A stretch of 64,000 nucleotides of DNA, taken from Bdellovibrionales bacterium (lineage in GTDB: Bacteria; Bdellovibrionota; Bdellovibrionia; Bdellovibrionales; UBA1609). Below, piece after piece: positions 59,166-64,000 of the stretch. Position 1 is the stretch's first letter, and each line of letters starts with the position of its first letter. The DNA is taken from contig JAWLHR010000005.1 of the NCBI GenBank assembly GCA_041690295.1, forward strand, positions 91,542 through 155,541. Direction: 5' to 3'. The translations under genes and the position numbers were made by a program. The notes beneath the pieces are model-generated. The model saw nothing but the letters and a program-made list of their open reading frames with translations, was not told where the DNA came from and did no database searches.

Positions 59166-60233
59166 ATGGAGTACATCACTCTGACCAAGGGCGACCCTGA
59201 ATTCGAGTCCTATCTTCTGGGGACATTCGATTCCAAAAGTCGCGCGCTGCCGGTGGAAACTTTTGAAGGCAAAAACAGCGGTGAACGCGTGACGTTCCGG
59301 ATCGTGCCGCTGGATAAGCTGAACGTTCCGCCTTGGTGGAAAGTTTATTTTCTTTCCATCCGTCCGGAATTGGCCGGGCTGACATTGGGACCGGCGGCGG
59401 CCGCCTGGCTCAACCATTCGGGAGCCGCTTTATCCCAATGGACGCGCTGGCCATCCTGGCTCGCTCTTCTTGGGATCTTTTTTCTCTTCGCCGCCGCCTG
59501 CCTTTACAATGATTACCAGGATCACATGCAAGGCGGCGATCGCCGCAACCGTCAACGTGGCTCGCAAGTCATACAAAAAGGCTGGGTTACGGCCATCCAA
59601 ATGCGGCGTTGGGCGGTCTTAAACGCCGCTTTGGCGTTGGTGTTCGGTGTTCCGGCCTTTTTTAATGCGCCGTTGGCTTTAAGTTTGATTTGCTTGGGCG
59701 CTGCCGTCGCCATTTTCATCATCTCGCAAAAATGGGGATTACGGGCGGGCTTGGTGGATTTGAGTTTGATGTTGTTGTTCGGTCCGCTCCTCACCTGTGG
59801 AATCGCCTTGGCCAGTTATTCGGATTTTAATTCGGGTGACATTTTCCTGGGAGTGGCTTTTGGGTTATTGACCGTGTGGGTGTTTCATTTGCGCCAACTT
59901 GAATTTTTATTTCGTGCGCGTCCCGAATCATTCCGTACGTTTTTAGGCTTTCTTCCTTTTGAAAAAGTACGCTTGGTTTTGGTGATGGAGTCGGCACTTG
60001 TCGTCATGGCCCAATTGGCCGCGGCGGTTTGGCTAAGACTTCCATTTCTCTTTTTCCCGCTGAGCCTTTTTATTTCGTTGCCCCTTTGGATCTGTGTCCA
60101 GCGGATTTGGCAGGCGGGCTCACCGTTATCTTCATCACTCATGGGCATTTCCTGGCGCGCGCTCATCGCCCATCTCGGTTGGACGGTTTGGTGGCTGGCC
60201 AGTTTGGGTGTTGTGAATTGGAATTCCATGTGA
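59166..60233 (+). CDS. Second UbiA/MenA-family prenyltransferase-like membrane protein
   Basis: IRP, NDYQDHMQGGD, GSQVIQ.G; the second Asp-rich motif is not recognisable. Confidence 0.75.
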   Translation: MEYITLTKGDPEFESYLLGTFDSKSRALPVETFEGKNSGERVTFRIVPLDKLNVPPWWKVYFLSIRPELAGLTLGPAAAAWLNHSGAALSQWTRWPSWLALLGIFFLFAAACLYNDYQDHMQGGDRRNRQRGSQVIQKGWVTAIQMRRWAVLNAALALVFGVPAFFNAPLALSLICLGAAVAIFIISQKWGLRAGLVDLSLMLLFGPLLTCGIALASYSDFNSGDIFLGVAFGLLTVWVFHLRQLEFLFRARPESFRTFLGFLPFEKVRLVLVMESALVVMAQLAAAVWLRLPFLFFPLSLFISLPLWICVQRIWQAGSPLSSSLMGISWRALIAHLGWTVWWLASLGVVNWNSM

Positions 60234-60898
60234 CCGGTGAAAATCATTCGAAAGTGAAGTTGGTTCGAGAAGGGGACGCCGTGGGGTTGGCCTTCTCGGA
60301 CGCGAAAAGGGGAAAACCGTTTTTCGTGGATTTCACCACCGGTGATTGGCGACGGCGATTCAAGCAAGGATTGACCAAGAAACATATATTCCGCCGGGCT
60401 TTGAATTGGCGCGAGGGGCAGGTGATTTGCGACGCCACCGCCGGCTTTGGGCAGGACACGGCGATGGCGCTCACGCTCGGCGCGCTGGTTGTGGCGATCG
60501 AGCGTTCACCGGTCGTCGCGGAGGTTTTAAAGGACGGCGTGCGCCGGGCGCGGGAGGCGAGTGAGGATCTCAATAAACTTTTCTCGAAATTGGAAATCCG
60601 CGAAGGTGATGCCCGTGAGATCCTGCCCCAACTTCAACCGGATATCGTTTATCTCGATCCCATGTTCATGAAAATGAAAGGCAAGGCCAAAAGTCCGAAA
60701 TCCATGCAGCTGCTCCAGGAGTTGATCGGACCGAGTTCTCCGGAGGAAGAACAAGAGTTGTTCAACGCGGCTTGGTCCGCCGCCCGGTCAAGAGTGGTGG
60801 TGAAGCGCCCACTGAAATTTCGTATCGAAAAAGGCCCTTTACCCACGCATTCCCTCAAAGGGCAAAGTATTCGATACGATGTTTATGTGAAATCTTAA
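60230..60898 (+). CDS. rsmJ: 16S rRNA m2G1516 methyltransferase RsmJ-like
   Basis: DATAGFGQD, IERSP, VYLDPMF, RVVVKRP, RYDVY. Confidence 0.88.
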   Translation: MTGENHSKVKLVREGDAVGLAFSDAKRGKPFFVDFTTGDWRRRFKQGLTKKHIFRRALNWREGQVICDATAGFGQDTAMALTLGALVVAIERSPVVAEVLKDGVRRAREASEDLNKLFSKLEIREGDAREILPQLQPDIVYLDPMFMKMKGKAKSPKSMQLLQELIGPSSPEEEQELFNAAWSAARSRVVVKRPLKFRIEKGPLPTHSLKGQSIRYDVYVKS

Positions 60899-60964
60899 GC
60901 TGGACTACCCGCCGGGCCGGTTTTCTTTCAAAATATTCGCAAAAGAACCATCAAGGAGTTGATC

Positions 60965-61690
60965 ATGCCCTTATTGATGCTGGTCGTACTTTCTTTGAAC
61001 CCCGCCTGGGCGTGTCTTAAGCACTTTCAATCGTTCAAGTTAAGTCAGACCGCTTTGGAAGGTCTGCAAGTGAAGTTCAATGAAAATGAGTTCGGCCCCC
61101 AGTTGGACGGAATAAAATTCATCTCCGGTCGCCGGACCGCCACCGCGATCTTTTTCCATGCCAAAAAGAAGGAGTGGTGCGGCGTCAGCCGGGACAGCAA
61201 AGAGGGTTTGAAATTCGACTGCGGTTTTTTCAAAACCGGTGTCACCCGGGTGGCCGGTGCCAATTCCAACAGCCATGCCTACGCCTCCATCGATGACGAT
61301 CACGTCATGACCATTCACAGTCTGACCAAATGGGATCCTCGCGATCCAGAGGACAATCTGGATCCTGAGAAGTTGAAGATCGTGATTTTGCCCAAAGTGG
61401 AAGTCGGTGAAACCACCACTTCCGAATTGGAAGTTCGCGCGGTGGATCCGCAAAAAGACATGATCCTCGGCCGCGCCATCCATACGGTGGCGGGTGATCT
61501 CCGACCCACTGGTGAAATCGTGCGCGCCACACCTCGATCCGGTGATTCGCCGAAAATCAAGGAACCGCTGGAAACCTTCAGTCTCGTGGGATCCTTCTAT
61601 GAGGGGCCGTCACAGTGCGGGCCCGGATCGATCAGCGAATATAAACCGGCGCCCGCCAATACCAAACGAATGCCCGCGCAGAAAAAATAA
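60965..61690 (+). CDS. Secreted hypothetical protein
   Basis: AAGGAG RBS; signal peptide MPLLMLVVLSLNPAWA. Confidence 0.7.
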   Translation: MPLLMLVVLSLNPAWACLKHFQSFKLSQTALEGLQVKFNENEFGPQLDGIKFISGRRTATAIFFHAKKKEWCGVSRDSKEGLKFDCGFFKTGVTRVAGANSNSHAYASIDDDHVMTIHSLTKWDPRDPEDNLDPEKLKIVILPKVEVGETTTSELEVRAVDPQKDMILGRAIHTVAGDLRPTGEIVRATPRSGDSPKIKEPLETFSLVGSFYEGPSQCGPGSISEYKPAPANTKRMPAQKK

Positions 61691-61770
61691 ACAAACCTGC
61701 CCGTCTGAAACTCCGCTGTGGGGTATTAAACAGGGTTCACCCGGCATGTCCGATGCAGTAGGATGAGAGC

Positions 61771-62193
61771 ATGAGCGAGGGTGATAACTGGCGTCATTTC
61801 AGTCACGATGCGGATGTGGGTGTGCAAGGCTTCGGTTCCACCGTGGAGTCCGCCTTTCAAAACGCGGCGCTAGCGCTGACGGCCATTGTGATGGATCCGC
61901 GGGAAGTCCGACCTCTAGAGGAAATTTCCGTGGAATGCACGGCCCCGGATCACGAACTGCTGCTTTACGAGTGGTTGAACCGCATCATTTATGAAATGGA
62001 TGTGCGTCGGATGATTTTTGGACGCTACGACGTGAAAATCGACGGCGACCGGTTGACGGCGGTCCTGCGCGGTGAACCCATGGACAACAAAAAGCAGGAT
62101 TTGGCGGTGGACTTAAAGGGCGCCACGTTCACCGAGTTGAAAGCGGCCCAGGAAAACGGACGTTGGGTCGCCCAATGCGTGATTGATGTATGA
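61771..62193 (+). CDS. Archease
   Basis: HDADVG, LLYEWLN, KGATF, C-terminal IDV. Confidence 0.93.
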   Translation: MSEGDNWRHFSHDADVGVQGFGSTVESAFQNAALALTAIVMDPREVRPLEEISVECTAPDHELLLYEWLNRIIYEMDVRRMIFGRYDVKIDGDRLTAVLRGEPMDNKKQDLAVDLKGATFTELKAAQENGRWVAQCVIDV

Positions 62194-63629
62194 GGGTTTC
62201 AATGGATTTGGGACGTTTTGAAAGAATCAACGATTACACCTGGCGAATACCCCAAAGCGGTAACATGCGCGTTCCAGGGATCATTTACGCATCGGAAGCG
62301 CTCATTCGTGAAATGGATGACAAAGTTTATGATCAAGTCCGCAACGTCGCGACTCTTCCTGGCATCGTGAAGGCCTCGATGGCCATGCCGGACGCCCATT
62401 GGGGATACGGCTTTCCCATTGGCGGTGTGGCGGCGTTCGATCCGAAACACGGAGTGGTTTCCGCGGGCGGCGTGGGCTTTGACATTTCTTGTGGCGTGCG
62501 ACTGATCAAAACCGGATTGAAGCGCCACGAACTGGAAGGCCGAATGGAACGATTGGCTGACACCCTTTTCGCCCGCATTCCGGCCGGCGTGGGCAGCAAA
62601 AGCCACCTGCGCTTAACCGACGACGAAATGGACGCCATGCTCACCGGCGGGGCCAGTTGGGCGGTGGGACAGGGATACGGGAAGCCGGAGGATTTGGAAC
62701 GCATCGAAGAACGCGGGCGCATGGAAGGCGCGGATCCCCGGGAAGTCTCCGAGCGGGCGCGTGTTCGCCAAAGCCCCGAAATGGGAACGCTCGGTTCGGG
62801 CAATCATTATTTGGAAGTGCAGGAAGTGGGTGAAGTCCGCGAGCCGACCATCGCCAAAGCCTATGGTTTGGATGCGGGAGACGTGGTCATCAGCATTCAC
62901 TGCGGCTCGCGCGGACTTGGTCACCAAATCGGCACGGAGTACTTAAAGCTGATGGCCATTGAGGCGGCCAAGCATGGCATTCACTTGCCCGATCGGGAGC
63001 TGGCCTGCGCCCCGATCAACTCGCAAATCGGTAGATCGTATCTCGGCGCCATGCGCTCAGCCATCAACTGCGCGCTGGCCAACCGCCAGATTCTCACTCA
63101 ATTCACGCGGGACGTTTTCGCGGATCTTTTTCCCCACGCCAAATTGGATCTGCTTTACGATGTTTCCCACAACACCTGTAAGGAAGAACAGCACATCGTC
63201 GATGGTGAAAAGCGCACTTTGTTCGTTCACCGCAAAGGCGCCACGCGCGCCTTCGGCCCGGGTCATCCCGATCTTCCCGATGTCTTCAAGGAAGTGGGAC
63301 AGCCGGTGATCATCGGCGGCAGCATGGGGACGGGATCATACATTTTGGCGGGAACCAAGGAATCGGAGGCACTGTCGTTCAGTTCCTCATGCCATGGCGC
63401 CGGCCGGGCGATGAGCCGCACACAAGCCACGAAAAAATGGCAGGGTGATAAAGTGATCGCCGATTTAAAAGGAAAGGGCATTCTCATCCGTAGCCCCACC
63501 ATGCGTGGCGTGGCCGAAGAGGCGCCGGGGGCTTACAAAAACTTGGATGAAGTGGTGGCGGCGGCGGACGGCGCGCGAATTTCGGTGACGGTGGTGCATT
63601 TGAAGCCACTCATCTGCATTAAAGGTTAA
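62190..63629 (+). CDS. rtcB: RNA-splicing/repair ligase RtcB
   Basis: MPDAHWGYGFPIGGV, GFDISCG, GSGNHYLE, HCGSRG, HRKGAT, HGAGR, EAPGAYK. Confidence 0.97.
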   Translation: MRVSMDLGRFERINDYTWRIPQSGNMRVPGIIYASEALIREMDDKVYDQVRNVATLPGIVKASMAMPDAHWGYGFPIGGVAAFDPKHGVVSAGGVGFDISCGVRLIKTGLKRHELEGRMERLADTLFARIPAGVGSKSHLRLTDDEMDAMLTGGASWAVGQGYGKPEDLERIEERGRMEGADPREVSERARVRQSPEMGTLGSGNHYLEVQEVGEVREPTIAKAYGLDAGDVVISIHCGSRGLGHQIGTEYLKLMAIEAAKHGIHLPDRELACAPINSQIGRSYLGAMRSAINCALANRQILTQFTRDVFADLFPHAKLDLLYDVSHNTCKEEQHIVDGEKRTLFVHRKGATRAFGPGHPDLPDVFKEVGQPVIIGGSMGTGSYILAGTKESEALSFSSSCHGAGRAMSRTQATKKWQGDKVIADLKGKGILIRSPTMRGVAEEAPGAYKNLDEVVAAADGARISVTVVHLKPLICIKG

Positions 63630-63907
63630 GAACTGCCCCACTAGCCTGCAGAAAATCCTGGCGAGAATTTTGCCCTTAACCACAGGGCATGCGACCAAGC
63701 TGCCCCTATTGTCATTCATCACAAGAATTGTCCGATCGCCGGATGCGTATTCAAAAAGCCGGATTCTTCCGCCGAACCTCCGACGGAAAAAGAGTGCGAA
63801 GATTTTATTGCGTTAGCTGCTCTAGATACTTTTCTTATGCCACCTTTCACCCCTGCTTTAGGCAAAAAAAGCGTCACCTCAATCACCGTATCAACAAACT
63901 ATTAGCT

Positions 63908-64000
63908 TCAAGCGTTTCCCAGCGCCGAATCGCAAAACTGCTTCACATTTCCCGAACCACAGTTGAACGAAAGTTTCTTTTTCTGGGCCAAAAAGCAGTG
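63908..64000 (-). CDS. Possible 3' end of a gene entering from the right edge
   Basis: Open frame HCFLAQKKKLSFNCGSGNVKQFCDSALGNA ending in TGA at 63908-63910; only 30 codons are visible. Confidence 0.35.
   Translation of the reverse strand, partial: HCFLAQKKKLSFNCGSGNVKQFCDSALGNA

Noticed and set aside
63630..63907. Possible tRNA/Y-RNA substrate downstream of rtcB
   Set aside because: No cloverleaf, T-loop GTTCRA or CCA end recognisable by eye; a tRNAscan-SE or Infernal run would be decisive

Overview
A gene-dense, mostly housekeeping bacterial window. Its gene content (minor pilins with long Cys-rich C-termini, a DUF222-like HNH protein, lexA-imuA-imuB-dnaE2, archease-RtcB) suggests a Bdellovibrionota-like predator; this is an inference, not a marker-gene result. 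From left to right: a secreted HExxH zinc protease missed by the ORF track, an RRM protein, typA, redox and hydrolase genes, tldD/pmbA and dapF. Next is an HNH nuclease gene bracketed by two ~240-bp non-coding direct repeats, with an adjacent 35-36-35 bp repeat-spacer-repeat, directly downstream of an SOS mutagenesis cassette whose lexA promoter carries a triple ATGTGTAAG repeat. Then come three prepilin-like genes with a GT-C glycosyltransferase, mpg/ung, a B12 radical SAM gene split by one in-frame TAA, gmd and dppABC. These are followed by an ~18-kb shikimate-to-menaquinone supercluster in which aroB, aroA and an aroK-aroD-aroE triple fusion lie in the domain order of the fungal pentafunctional AROM protein, and finally rsmJ and archease-rtcB. 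The strongest candidates for something new are the repeat-flanked HNH element (19056-21028) and the AROM-ordered operon (42324-47332). All calls come from reading motifs by eye; no database searches were run, and several start codons were adjusted using RBS and overlap logic.
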